Part shown: positions 52,819 to 63,030 of the stretch, one piece after another
Position numbering within the stretch: position 1 is the stretch's first letter
How the letters are laid out: each line of letters opens with the position of its first letter
Assembly: GCA_023436065.1 (NCBI GenBank)
Contig: JAEZKU010000005.1
Coordinates: forward strand, 12,448-76,447
Direction of reading: 5' to 3'
DNA from: Bacillota bacterium
Lineage (GTDB): Bacteria > Bacillota > Clostridia > Lachnospirales > Lachnospiraceae
DNA: 64,000 nucleotides
Notes under the pieces: generated by a model
Told to the model about the DNA's origin: nothing
The model's database searches: none
What the model saw: the letters and a program-made list of their open reading frames with translations, nothing else
Program-made: the position numbers and the translations under genes

Positions 52819-52961
52819 GATTACTATATCAAAAGCACCAAAGGTGCTCAAAAGCACCAAAGGTGGTGCTTTCGTGAAGTAATATATTGCGATGCAAGCT
52901 TGCTTGCAAAAGCAATATATTACTTTACGAAAAGTACGAAGTACTTTTTGATATAGTAATC
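52819..52961 (+). repeat. Dispersed four-way-junction element, family B, copy 2
   Basis: 16-bp perfect closing stem, duplicated first hairpin, central GCAAGCTTGCTTG. Confidence 0.8.
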
Positions 52962-53012
52962 TAAAATAAAACAATTACAAATATTTAAATATAGCTTTTA
53001 CGAGAGGAATGA

Positions 53013-53798
53013 ATGAACTTGAAGATAGGAATATTAGATTCGGGAATCGGCGGACTCACAGTCCTCCATCAGGCAATGCGTACATTACCCAAGGAGGATT
53101 TTATCTATTATGCGGATACCGATAATGTGCCCTATGGAACGAAGAGCAGGGACGAAATTATCGGCTATGTGGATCATGCGGTTAAATTTTTCATCAAACA
53201 GGAAGCAAAGGCAATTGTCATCGCCTGTAATACGGCTACCAGTGCAGCCATTGATTATGTACGCGGGAAGTATTCCCTTCCTATTCTGGGAATGGAGCCG
53301 GCGGTGAAACCGGCGGTGGAGAGGTGTAACGGTAAAAGGGTTATGGTAATTGCCACACCCCTTACAGTCAAGGAAGAAAAGCTTCATCACCTGATACAGC
53401 AGGTGGACGATGAACATATCGTCGATCTTCTGCCGATGCCGGACTTAGTAACCTTTGCGGAAGCCGGCAATTATGACAGTCCCGAGGTATATGAATATCT
53501 TAGGAAGCAACTGGCCGGATATGAGCTTGAGAATTATTCTGCATTGATACTCGGTTGTACGCACTTTAACTATTTCAAGGATACCTATCGCAGAATCTTT
53601 CCGGAGGATGTGGCTTTTATAGACGGAAGCGTAGGTACGGTCAACCACTTGAAGCACATACTGGAGGAAAAAGGACTTTTGGAGGAGAATCTGGGCACTG
53701 TGGAGTATTATACTTCAGGAAGAAAAATCACAGACAGTGAACAGCTTCACCAGATGAAACTTCGCCATGAAAGGCTTGAATTAATGTGGCAATATTAA
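53013..53798 (+). CDS. murI: Glutamate racemase
   Basis: DSGIGG, VPYG, IACNTA, LGCTHF. Confidence 0.95.
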   Translation: MNLKIGILDSGIGGLTVLHQAMRTLPKEDFIYYADTDNVPYGTKSRDEIIGYVDHAVKFFIKQEAKAIVIACNTATSAAIDYVRGKYSLPILGMEPAVKPAVERCNGKRVMVIATPLTVKEEKLHHLIQQVDDEHIVDLLPMPDLVTFAEAGNYDSPEVYEYLRKQLAGYELENYSALILGCTHFNYFKDTYRRIFPEDVAFIDGSVGTVNHLKHILEEKGLLEENLGTVEYYTSGRKITDSEQLHQMKLRHERLELMWQY

Positions 53799-53828
53799 TT
53801 CTCCTGCCATATAACCCGGGTTTTAGTC

Positions 53829-53859
53829 AAAGAAGGGGCTGCAACAACCCCTTCTTTTT
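53829..53859. terminator. Bidirectional terminator (short palindrome family)
   Basis: AAAGAAGGGG...CCCCTTCTTT. Confidence 0.7.
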
Positions 53860-53862
53860 AAT

Positions 53863-55620
53863 TCAGTTTTTTCGTCCGGCAGAAGCAAACTCCTGTAGTT
53901 CATCCTTCAGAAACCGGGTATGGAAGTGCTGTGCCAGGCGATTGGCAGCATCCTTTCCCGAATAAAGAGCGCCCTGTATCCATCCATGCTTGGCAGAAGC
54001 ATGCTCTCCGGCCAGATAGACCCGTCCCTGGTATTCCGGTTGCAATAAATCATAAGTAAAAAGCTGTTTCTGTCCGGGGAGGGTATAGGACAGGGCTCCG
54101 AGAAAATGAGGAGCAGTGTTCCAATGTGCGGTTACGCTGCGATCTACAATGCTGTTCAAAAAGCCCCGGGGAAGACCGTGTACCTCCTCCACATTTTGAC
54201 GGATCAGATCGAAGCGTTGTGGTTCCTCTAAACCTCCGACACGAACAGAATTCTGTGTAAGACTATAGGAGGCCGTAAGTACACCGGGTACCTCAGAGGA
54301 ACAGGAGGAAAAATTGCCCTGTACAGTATTACCGGCTGATTGTGTGGCTGATATACAATAGTTATGATCGCTGGGATAGATGATGGACTGGATTGGCAGA
54401 TCGGTAAAAGAGATACCGCCGTGCATAGCTCCGTAATCCGTATTTCTTTCCCAGAATCTTTTATTGCACAGAAATAATGTCTTCTGCGCATCGATATAAT
54501 GATATTCTCGTATCGCCTGCATTTTCCTGTTTGTGAAATAAGGGCGTATCTCTATGGTTCTTAATACTGAGAGCGGCAGAGTACAGATCACATAATCATA
54601 AATATCTGCAGCATCCAATCCCACTTCATTCGAATATTTCACAATAACCTTATCCCTGTAATTGGATCGGTAAATTCCCGTGACCCGGTGACCTGCTCTA
54701 TAATCCACTGTCCCGAGATGACCCTTTGGAATTCCGGAGTATTGCTTGGGTAAAGCTGAGGTCAGGGACTGGTAAAGCGCATAGGGAAGATAGATATTGC
54801 CGCCTGCGATACGGTAGGTGTTGCGATAATCCAGGGAGTAATCGTCGCCTGCGATTTCATCATAACTGATATGTAAGGAAGCGCCTGCGGCGGGATCAAC
54901 GCCGGATATCAATTCTATCGCACCCTGACTTAAGCCTAAGCCCTCATAATTCTGTCGAAGACTCATGTTCATCAGCGGAATAAATTCCGGAGAGTATTCC
55001 GGCAGGATTTGGATCAGTTCTGCCCTTACCTCCGGTGTCAGCTGCCGCATCCGGTATTCCATGGCATATTCATTTAGCTCGTTCCAGGGAGTGGCGGCTT
55101 CCTGCTCTGTTAAAGCGAATTTGGGATAGATGTACTCCTGAACAGACTGGGCGGTGCGCAATCTGGTCTGATGGACATAAAGAAAGTTATTTCGTTGTGG
55201 TGCAGTGAGAGAAAAGGTATCCAGTTGAAAGAGGTTGATATAATGCCAGGTGGTTTCATGGCTGATCGGGATTCTCATAGCACCCAGTTCACCGTATAAG
55301 CTTCCCTCCTCATTAAAATAATAGGTGCTTACTCTTCCGCCAATTTCTGTTTCGGAGGCTTCCAACACGGTAATATCCGCACCAAGCTTCCGTAACTCGA
55401 AGGCAGAACACATACCCGCCAGTCCGCCACCAAGGATGCCGATTTTGATTCCTTTCATTTCACCCGGTTTCGCAAAGTTTGTGATATCGGGTGGAGGGCT
55501 TAAGTATCTTACGATGTAATCATAATCCTTAAGTCTGCCTGCCCGTTCTAAGGCAGTTCGCAGCATTTCATGGCGCTGCTCATCCGTTGGGCTTGCTTCT
55601 TGGTTCAATGGAGCATTCAT
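53863..55620 (-). CDS. Flavin monoamine/L-amino-acid oxidase family protein
   Basis: GGGLAG dinucleotide motif, GGR, ELGAMR, AGEH...GWIQGA. Confidence 0.9.
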   Translation of the reverse strand: MNAPLNQEASPTDEQRHEMLRTALERAGRLKDYDYIVRYLSPPPDITNFAKPGEMKGIKIGILGGGLAGMCSAFELRKLGADITVLEASETEIGGRVSTYYFNEEGSLYGELGAMRIPISHETTWHYINLFQLDTFSLTAPQRNNFLYVHQTRLRTAQSVQEYIYPKFALTEQEAATPWNELNEYAMEYRMRQLTPEVRAELIQILPEYSPEFIPLMNMSLRQNYEGLGLSQGAIELISGVDPAAGASLHISYDEIAGDDYSLDYRNTYRIAGGNIYLPYALYQSLTSALPKQYSGIPKGHLGTVDYRAGHRVTGIYRSNYRDKVIVKYSNEVGLDAADIYDYVICTLPLSVLRTIEIRPYFTNRKMQAIREYHYIDAQKTLFLCNKRFWERNTDYGAMHGGISFTDLPIQSIIYPSDHNYCISATQSAGNTVQGNFSSCSSEVPGVLTASYSLTQNSVRVGGLEEPQRFDLIRQNVEEVHGLPRGFLNSIVDRSVTAHWNTAPHFLGALSYTLPGQKQLFTYDLLQPEYQGRVYLAGEHASAKHGWIQGALYSGKDAANRLAQHFHTRFLKDELQEFASAGRKN

Positions 55621-55904
55621 TATGACCTCCGATAACGGTTTGCTGCTTACAGTAGTAATATATTTTTCGAGGCCTCAAAATATTACATAATAAGCCAAGC
55701 ATATACGATAAATCAACAATTCCGATATTGTTTGTCTATATTGTGACAGGTTGCGTTTTTATATTAACTACAGTAATGCTATTCATTAATTTTGCTAAAT
55801 TGAAAAAAAGTACATTGTCAGCTAAGATGATTACGGTAACAGTTGGTTCTAAACATAGTTAAAATTTTATTACTTATCGGAGTAATTAAGGAGACAGAGC
55901 AGGT

Positions 55905-56480
55905 ATGCAGCTGTTAAAAGAAAGAATTATTAAAGACGGGAAAATACGTTCAGGAAATGTGCTGAAGGTGGACAGCTTTTTAAATCACCAGATGGACATT
56001 GAACTTTTTGAAGAAATCGGGAAGGAATTTCAAAGAAGATTTTCTGATCAGAAGATTACGAAGATCCTTACCATTGAAGCTTCCGGTATCGGTATTGCCT
56101 GTATTGCGGCACGCTATTTCAAGGTTCCGGTTTTATTTGCCAAGAAGAATCAAACCAAGAATATAGCAGGGGATGTGTTCACAAGTCAGGTAGAATCTTT
56201 TACCCATGGAAGGGTTTATGACATCATCGTGGCAAAGGAATTTCTGAAATCAGAGGACAGGGTATTGATCATCGATGATTTTCTCGCGAATGGTGCTGCA
56301 CTTCTGGGATTGGCAAAACTGGTTCAGGATGCCGGTGCTACCCTGGTTGGAGCGGGAATTGTGATAGAGAAAGGATTTCAGTCCGGCGGAAGACTGATCC
56401 GCGAAAAAGGTGTCAGAGTTGAATCGCTGGCGATTATCGATTCTATGAGCGAGGAAGAGGGCATCACCTTTCGGGAATAA
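55905..56480 (+). CDS. xpt: Xanthine phosphoribosyltransferase
   Basis: LKVDSFLNHQ-D, TIEASGI, LIIDDFLANG. Confidence 0.95.
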   Translation: MQLLKERIIKDGKIRSGNVLKVDSFLNHQMDIELFEEIGKEFQRRFSDQKITKILTIEASGIGIACIAARYFKVPVLFAKKNQTKNIAGDVFTSQVESFTHGRVYDIIVAKEFLKSEDRVLIIDDFLANGAALLGLAKLVQDAGATLVGAGIVIEKGFQSGGRLIREKGVRVESLAIIDSMSEEEGITFRE

Positions 56481-56580
56481 GCTCCCGGATGAGGGGACAA
56501 ATTAGGATTTACTTAGGGCTTATGCCATGTAAATACAGCCGAGGCTGAAAACCCGGACATAATAAGGAGGAGATTAAAAC

Positions 56581-57777
56581 ATGATCAAGAAATTATTATC
56601 ACTCATTGTCGTAGCTTCAATGGTATTATCTTTTACTGCCTGTAGTACAAAGGAAGCAGCGACTGACACTGCAACAAACACTGCTGCAGAAGCAACCACA
56701 GCACCGGCTGAGACAGCTGGAGCAGACACTGCAGCTACAGGCCTTTTTGCTCCCATAGCAAAGGAGAATATCAAGGTTGGTGTAATACATATCGGAGACC
56801 CTGCTGATGGTGCAGGCTATACCTTCGCACACGATCAGGGTATCGTAGCTATGCAGCAGAACCTCGGACTTGCAGATGCTCAGATCGTTCGTAAGAACAA
56901 TACAAATGATACAGATGCAGTAGCCATCAGGACAGCAATCGAGGAATGTCTTGAAGAAGGTTGTAATATCATCTTCGGAACAAGCTGGGGCTACATGGAT
57001 ACGATGGAAGAGATGGCTGCAGAATATCCTGAGGTTATCTTCTCCCACTGCTCAGGATACAAGAGCAACGGTAAGAACTTCAATAATTATTTCGGTCGTA
57101 TTTATCAGGCACGTTATCTTGCAGGTGTTGCTGCAGGTCTTAAGACACAGTCCGATAAGATTGGATTTGTGGCAGCGATGGATAATCAGAACTCTGAGGT
57201 TACCGGTGGAGTCAATGCATTTGCTATGGGTGTTGAGTCAGTTAATCCCGATGCAAAGGTTTATGTTAAGGTTACCAATACCTGGTTTGATCCTACTCTG
57301 GAGCAGCAGGCAGCAGAAGCATTACTGGATGCAGGTTGTGACGTCATCGCGCAGCATGCGGATACCACAGCTCCTCAGCTGGCAGCAGAAAAAAGAGGAG
57401 TATGGGGCTGCGGCTACAACTCAGATATGACAAAGGATGCTCCTGCAGCACACTTAACAGCTCCGGTATGGAACTGGGGTGCATATTACACTAAGGCTGT
57501 TCAGTCTGTAATCGAAGGTACCTGGACCGGAGAGAATTACTTTGGCGGTATGGATGACGGACTTGTTGATGTCTCTCCTCTGAGCAACAACTGTGCAGAG
57601 GGTACTGCAGAGGCTATAGAAGCAGCAAGACAGAAGATCCTTGGTGGTTTCAAGGTGTTCGAGGGTGATCTCTATGACAATGCAGGAAATCAGGTATGCA
57701 AGGCAGGAGAGGCGCTCGCGGATTCAGATATCACCGGTGCTATGAACTGGTACTATAAAACCGTAGTTGTTCAGTAG
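56581..57777 (+). CDS. BMP-family (purine nucleoside) ABC substrate-binding lipoprotein
   Basis: Lipobox FTAC; AHDQG, IFGTSWGY, YQARYLAG, DVIAQH. Confidence 0.9.
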   Translation: MIKKLLSLIVVASMVLSFTACSTKEAATDTATNTAAEATTAPAETAGADTAATGLFAPIAKENIKVGVIHIGDPADGAGYTFAHDQGIVAMQQNLGLADAQIVRKNNTNDTDAVAIRTAIEECLEEGCNIIFGTSWGYMDTMEEMAAEYPEVIFSHCSGYKSNGKNFNNYFGRIYQARYLAGVAAGLKTQSDKIGFVAAMDNQNSEVTGGVNAFAMGVESVNPDAKVYVKVTNTWFDPTLEQQAAEALLDAGCDVIAQHADTTAPQLAAEKRGVWGCGYNSDMTKDAPAAHLTAPVWNWGAYYTKAVQSVIEGTWTGENYFGGMDDGLVDVSPLSNNCAEGTAEAIEAARQKILGGFKVFEGDLYDNAGNQVCKAGEALADSDITGAMNWYYKTVVVQ

Positions 57778-57803
57778 ACAGATTGGTGGTCATTGTGGAG
57801 AAT

Positions 57804-59351
57804 ATGAAGCGTGAAACAATGGCAATCGAACTCAAACAGATCACTAAGACATTTGGGTCGGTTGTGGCTAACAACAAAATAGACCTGTCCGTTAAGCAGG
57901 GCGAGATACTCGCCCTGCTTGGCGAAAACGGATCAGGCAAAACTACCTTGATGAACATGCTATCCGGTATCTACAAGCCCGACAGCGGATCCATTTTCAT
58001 AAATGGTCAGGCAGTAACCATCAACTCACCGGAGGGCTCCATTCAGCTTGGTGTCGGCATGATTCATCAGCACTTTAAATTAGTGGATGCACTATCCGCA
58101 GCCGATAATATTATCCTTGGCTCCAAGGAGAAGGGCATATTCCTGCATAAGAAGAGAACAGAAAAGATAAGGGAAATATCAGAACGTTTTGGTCTTAAGA
58201 TTGATCCGGAAAAAAAGATTTACCAGATGTCCGTAAGTGAGAAGCAGACTGTTGAAATCATAAAGGTGCTTTATCGCAAGGCGGATATTTTAATTTTGGA
58301 TGAACCGACAGCCGTACTGACTCCTCAGGAGACGCAGCGTTTGTTTGAGATTTTAAGACAGATGAAGTCCGAGGGCTGCGCGGTGATCATCATTACCCAT
58401 AAGCTGAATGAGGTTTTGGAGATCAGTGACCGGGTAACGATTCTCAGAAAAGGAGAAAGTGTAGCGACAGTCATAACAGCTGAGACAGATGCACAGGAGC
58501 TGACAGAGCTGATGGTAGGAAGACCGGTGGAATTATCCATCGAGCATCCACAGACCTACTTTAGTGAGAATCTGTTGGAAATCCATCATCTGACTATATG
58601 CGATGAGGAGGGGTTTGAAGCCATTCGGGATATCAGCTTCGACTTAAACAGAGGCGAAATCCTTGGTGTGGCAGGTGTGGCAGGCAGCGGACAGAAGGAG
58701 CTCTGTGAGGCAATTGCGGGTCTGCTTCCGGTCAAAAAAGGAGCCATCCTCTATCATAATGAGAATTTGGCAGGAAAATCACCGAATGAAATCATTAAAA
58801 TGGGTATCAGCATGAGCTTTATCCCGGAGGATCGTCTCGGTATGGGACTGGCTGCCTCCATGAGCATGGTGGATAATATGCTGCTGAAGAAATACAACGA
58901 AGGAAATAGTCCCTTTATCAGCAAAAAGGAGGCCAGGGTCTTGGCAAAGAAACTGGTTCAGCAGCTGGATATCGTGACACCGAGTGTGGATACTCCGGTA
59001 CGCAGATTGTCCGGTGGTAATGTTCAGAAGGTTCTGCTCGGCAGAGAGATTGAATCCGAACCGAATGTACTGGTGACAGCCTATGCGGTAAGAGGCTTGG
59101 ACATCAATTCCTCCTATACGATCTATGATGCTTTGAACGAACAGAAGCAGAAGGGCGTAGGAGTACTCTTTATCGGAGAAGATCTCGACGTTATGCTGGA
59201 GCTTTGCGACAGAATCATGGTACTCTGCCATGGCAGGGTGACAGGAATCGTCGATACCAGGGAGACGACAAAGGAACAGCTCGGACTTCTGATGACCGAT
59301 GCTACAAGAAAGAGAGGGGAAACTCATGACACAGCGCACGTTGAAAAATAA
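57804..59351 (+). CDS. Nucleoside/sugar (CUT2) ABC ATPase with tandem NBDs
   Basis: GENGSGKT, HQHF-L, LDEPTAVL, LSGGN-QK; start set to ATG 57804. Confidence 0.92.
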   Translation: MKRETMAIELKQITKTFGSVVANNKIDLSVKQGEILALLGENGSGKTTLMNMLSGIYKPDSGSIFINGQAVTINSPEGSIQLGVGMIHQHFKLVDALSAADNIILGSKEKGIFLHKKRTEKIREISERFGLKIDPEKKIYQMSVSEKQTVEIIKVLYRKADILILDEPTAVLTPQETQRLFEILRQMKSEGCAVIIITHKLNEVLEISDRVTILRKGESVATVITAETDAQELTELMVGRPVELSIEHPQTYFSENLLEIHHLTICDEEGFEAIRDISFDLNRGEILGVAGVAGSGQKELCEAIAGLLPVKKGAILYHNENLAGKSPNEIIKMGISMSFIPEDRLGMGLAASMSMVDNMLLKKYNEGNSPFISKKEARVLAKKLVQQLDIVTPSVDTPVRRLSGGNVQKVLLGREIESEPNVLVTAYAVRGLDINSSYTIYDALNEQKQKGVGVLFIGEDLDVMLELCDRIMVLCHGRVTGIVDTRETTKEQLGLLMTDATRKRGETHDTAHVEK

Positions 59352-60417
59352 AAAAGAACCTCTTTTTCATGTGGTGAAAAAGTCCGAGAGTTCATTCTCC
59401 AAGAATCTGCTGTTGACTTTGCTGGCATTGCTGCTCGCTCTGGTGGCTGGCGGGATCTTCATTCTTGCCATTGGTCAGGATCCTGTGAAAATCTATCAGT
59501 CTATATTCCAAGGGGCTTGGAGAAGCAAGCTTGCCGTCAGGGGTACGATTAAGATAGCTATTCCTCTGCTGATTGCTTCTCTGGGAATTACACCGGCCTT
59601 TAAGATGAAATTCTGGAATATCGGAGCGGAAGGCCAGATTATCATGGGAGGAATTTTTGCTACCTATTTTGCCCTGTTTTTTGATAAGCTGCCCCATGGA
59701 CTCCTGATTGTATTGATGTTTGCGGCAGGAATTGTCGGCGGTGGCCTGTGGGGTATCATCCCGGCTTATTTTAAGACCAAATTCAATACGAATGAGACAC
59801 TGTTCACCCTGATGCTGAACTATATCGCATTATATATGATTAAATTCCTGACAGAGGGCCCCTGGAGAGATCCGAAATCCTCCGGCTTTCCCAAGATAGC
59901 CACCTTTTCTGAAAATGCCAGACTGGACCAGATACTTGGCGTCCATGCAGGGTGGCTGATCGGACTGATTCTAGTTGTGGTGCTCTATATCTATATCAGA
60001 TATACCAAGCAGGGCTATGAAATCAGTGTTGTTGGGGAAAGCATCAATACAGCCCGTTACGCCGGTATGAATGTGAAAAGAATCATCATAAGAACTATGT
60101 TTATAAGCGGAGCCATCAGCGGTGTGGCAGGGATGGCACAGGTTAGCGGAGCGGCCTTCACCCTGGGCGAGGGGGTTGCAGGAGGCGTGGGCTTTACGGC
60201 GATTATTGTAGCCTGGCTCTCCAAGCTCAATCCGATTCTGATCCTGCTTGTATCCGTATTGTTTGCCATGCTGGAAAAGGGCTGCAGCGTTATGCAGAGC
60301 ACCTTTGGATTATCTGCGGCGGTGTCCAGTATCCTTCAGGGCATCATCCTGTTCTTTATCCTTGCCTTTGACTTCTTTACACAATATCGGATTGTCTTTA
60401 AGAAGCACAAATTATAA
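59326..60417 (+). CDS. Nucleoside ABC permease
   Basis: NIGAEGQ, NE-L-TLMLNY, ARYAG; start ATG 59326. Confidence 0.9.
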   Translation: MTQRTLKNKKEPLFHVVKKSESSFSKNLLLTLLALLLALVAGGIFILAIGQDPVKIYQSIFQGAWRSKLAVRGTIKIAIPLLIASLGITPAFKMKFWNIGAEGQIIMGGIFATYFALFFDKLPHGLLIVLMFAAGIVGGGLWGIIPAYFKTKFNTNETLFTLMLNYIALYMIKFLTEGPWRDPKSSGFPKIATFSENARLDQILGVHAGWLIGLILVVVLYIYIRYTKQGYEISVVGESINTARYAGMNVKRIIIRTMFISGAISGVAGMAQVSGAAFTLGEGVAGGVGFTAIIVAWLSKLNPILILLVSVLFAMLEKGCSVMQSTFGLSAAVSSILQGIILFFILAFDFFTQYRIVFKKHKL

Positions 60418-60473
60418 TTATTGGATTCTCAGGTTGTTCTTCTTCACAGGTTTTATAGAATGGGGGATTGTCT

Positions 60474-61424
60474 ATGATCATAAATTTTTTATATGCTGCG
60501 ATAAAAGCAGGTACTCCGCTTCTGTTCGGCACCACCGGAGAAATCATGACTCAAAAATCCGGTAACATCAACCTGGGTGTGGAGGGTATGATGTTCATGG
60601 GGGCCTTTATGAGTTTTTATACGGGCTATTATACAGGAAATCTTACTCTGGCGCTCCTGGCTGCTTTTGCTACCGGAGTATTCGCTGCCTTGATTTATGC
60701 GGTGCTGACAGTAAGCTTAAAGGCTAACCAGAATGTAACCGGTCTTACGCTTACCATATTCGGAACAGGCTTTGCCAAATTTTTCGGTGAGATGATGATC
60801 AGCAAGTCGGGCGGTTCGCCAAAGCTGCCGGATGGGCTGATTGCTTCCATGGCAGAACGTCCCCTGCCACTGCTCGGTAATATTCCGGTGATCGGAAAGC
60901 TTTTCTTTTCCCATAATCCGATTGTCTATCTGGCGGTGCTTGTTGCAATACTTTGTACCGTGTATATGTCAAAGACACGCGCAGGACTGAATATGAAGGC
61001 TGTCGGAGAGAATGCGGCTGCAGCGGATGCGGCAGGAATTAATGTCACCAGGGTAAAATATATCCATATCCTGCTAGGCGGTGGTATCTGCGCCCTGGGC
61101 GGAGCTTATCTGTCTCTGATCAATGGCGGCGGTATCTGGAATAACAGCAGTGTTGTCAACGGACAGGGATGGATTTCGGTGGCACTTGTTATCTTCGCAA
61201 GTTGGAATCCGGCGAAGGCAGTGTTCGGCTCTCTGGTATTCGGTGCCTTCAGTGTGCTTCAGTTCTATGTACCGAAGAATATTATAGAAATACCGAATGC
61301 ATTTTACGTGATGCTTCCCTTCCTGATTACGACACTAGTGCTGATCGTCACCTCCATGAGAAAATCAAAGGAGGGCTCCCAGCCTGCCGGTTGCGGAATC
61401 AATTATTTCAGGGAAGAGCGATAA
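60474..61424 (+). CDS. Nucleoside ABC permease
   Basis: SG-INLGVEGMM, A-GE-AAAADAAGI, G-GWI-VA. Confidence 0.9.
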   Translation: MIINFLYAAIKAGTPLLFGTTGEIMTQKSGNINLGVEGMMFMGAFMSFYTGYYTGNLTLALLAAFATGVFAALIYAVLTVSLKANQNVTGLTLTIFGTGFAKFFGEMMISKSGGSPKLPDGLIASMAERPLPLLGNIPVIGKLFFSHNPIVYLAVLVAILCTVYMSKTRAGLNMKAVGENAAAADAAGINVTRVKYIHILLGGGICALGGAYLSLINGGGIWNNSSVVNGQGWISVALVIFASWNPAKAVFGSLVFGAFSVLQFYVPKNIIEIPNAFYVMLPFLITTLVLIVTSMRKSKEGSQPAGCGINYFREER

Positions 61425-61469
61425 TAGCTGAATTGCGTTAGAAAGCACCGCTCAATATAATTATGAATT

Positions 61470-61519
61470 AGGATACAGGTATCACATCCTTAGTGTGATG
61501 GACTTCTGTATCCTTTTTT
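61470..61519 (+). terminator. Terminator of the xpt-ABC operon
   Basis: AGGATACAG...CTGTATCCT followed by a T-tract. Confidence 0.7.
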
Positions 61520-61710
61520 GTTACAAAGGGTATTGGGGATAAAATAACCAATACTGTATTTACTATAGCCAAAGAATATTATACTATGATAATAGAGGCT
61601 CTTATGACGCATAAATCATAATATATAGTATATCACTTATGATTTCACGTATCAGTCCTGAGAATTTAAGAAACAGTAATGATAAAACTATCAGTGATCA
61701 GAGGTGCTTT

Positions 61711-62931
61711 ATGGCAGATACAACCCCCTTATATCCGTGGAAAAGAAATATTATCCTGTTCCTTACGAGCCAGACGATTTCACTTTTTGGCTCCTCACTG
61801 GTTCAATATGCGATTATGTGGTATATTACTTTAAATACGAAGTCTGGTGTAATGATGGCAATTTCCATCATATGTGGCTTTCTTCCGACCTTTTTTATCT
61901 CCCCGTTTGCCGGGGTATGGGCGGATCGATTCAATAGAAAGCTCTTAATCATCACCGCGGATTCCTTTATCGCAATATCGACCCTAATTCTTGCAATTCT
62001 GTTTTTCCTGGGCTATGACGCCCTTTGGCTGTTATTTGCAGTATCGGCTATCCGCTCTGTCGGGACCGGGATTCAAAGTCCTGCAGTCAGCGCGGTCATT
62101 CCCCAGGTAGTGCCTGAGGAGCAGCTGACGAAGGTGAATGCAACCAATACGAGCATTCAGTCTCTTGTCACTCTGGTTTCACCGATGGCAAGCGGAGCAA
62201 TATTGTCGGTTGCTCCGATTGAAATGATTTTTCTGATTGATGTGATTACTGCGGCGATTGCAGTCATAATTATGACAGTTTTCGTGCACATTCCTCTCCA
62301 TGCAAAGGCATTGGTCGGACAGGTTACCGGATATTTTGAAGATATGCTGGCAGGGCTTCGATACATTCACCGGCATAGATTCATAAAAGAGTTTTTTCTG
62401 TTTCTTGCGATGTTTTTCTTTTTAGCCACACCGGTTGCTTTTCTGACTCCGCTGCAGGTCACCAGAACCTTTGGGGAGGATGTCTGGAGGCTGACTGCAA
62501 TCGAGATAGTCTTTTCTGTCGGAACGATGCTCGGAGGCATCCTCATGGCATACTGGAAGGGCTTTCGCAATAAGGTATATACGATGTTTATGGCCAGTGC
62601 CATACTTGGACTGTTTACATTTGCCCTGGGGATCACAGATATATTTGTGATATATCTGATTTTTATGGCAGGATCAGGCATATCGATGCCCTTTTTCAAT
62701 ACACCTGCGACAGTTATGCTGCAAGAAAGGGTGGAAGCAGATTATATGGGCAGGGTATTCGGCGTACTCGGTATGATCGCCAGTATCATGATGCCGCTCG
62801 GGATGTTGGTCTTTGGACCCATAGCCGATGTCATCAGAATAGAGTATATGCTGGTGGGAAGCGGTATTTTGATTCTCATCGAGGGTTTTCTGTTGATTCG
62901 CAGCAAAGCGATTCTAAAGGAAGGCATCTGA
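61711..62931 (+). CDS. MFS efflux transporter, DHA3/Mef(A)-like
   Basis: SQ-ISLFGSSLVQYAI-WY, GVWADRFNRK, GRVFG; start ATG 61711 behind GAGGTG. Confidence 0.88.
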   Translation: MADTTPLYPWKRNIILFLTSQTISLFGSSLVQYAIMWYITLNTKSGVMMAISIICGFLPTFFISPFAGVWADRFNRKLLIITADSFIAISTLILAILFFLGYDALWLLFAVSAIRSVGTGIQSPAVSAVIPQVVPEEQLTKVNATNTSIQSLVTLVSPMASGAILSVAPIEMIFLIDVITAAIAVIIMTVFVHIPLHAKALVGQVTGYFEDMLAGLRYIHRHRFIKEFFLFLAMFFFLATPVAFLTPLQVTRTFGEDVWRLTAIEIVFSVGTMLGGILMAYWKGFRNKVYTMFMASAILGLFTFALGITDIFVIYLIFMAGSGISMPFFNTPATVMLQERVEADYMGRVFGVLGMIASIMMPLGMLVFGPIADVIRIEYMLVGSGILILIEGFLLIRSKAILKEGI

Positions 62932-63030
62932 GTCAGACTGTTTTTAAAACTATGCAAATATTAAGAAATAAGGTATAATTTAGTAAGAATAAATACGATA
63001 ATAGAAGTAATAGAAAAGGGAGGGAGCATA

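Noticed and set aside
53863..55620. Functional coupling of the H2O2-producing amine oxidase with the CYP152 peroxygenase
   Set aside because: The genes are about 29 kb apart with no shared regulatory evidence; purely speculative.
55680..55904. Purine riboswitch expected upstream of xpt
   Set aside because: No TATAAT..GATATGG..GTTTCTACC..CCGTAAA core and no leader terminator are visible.
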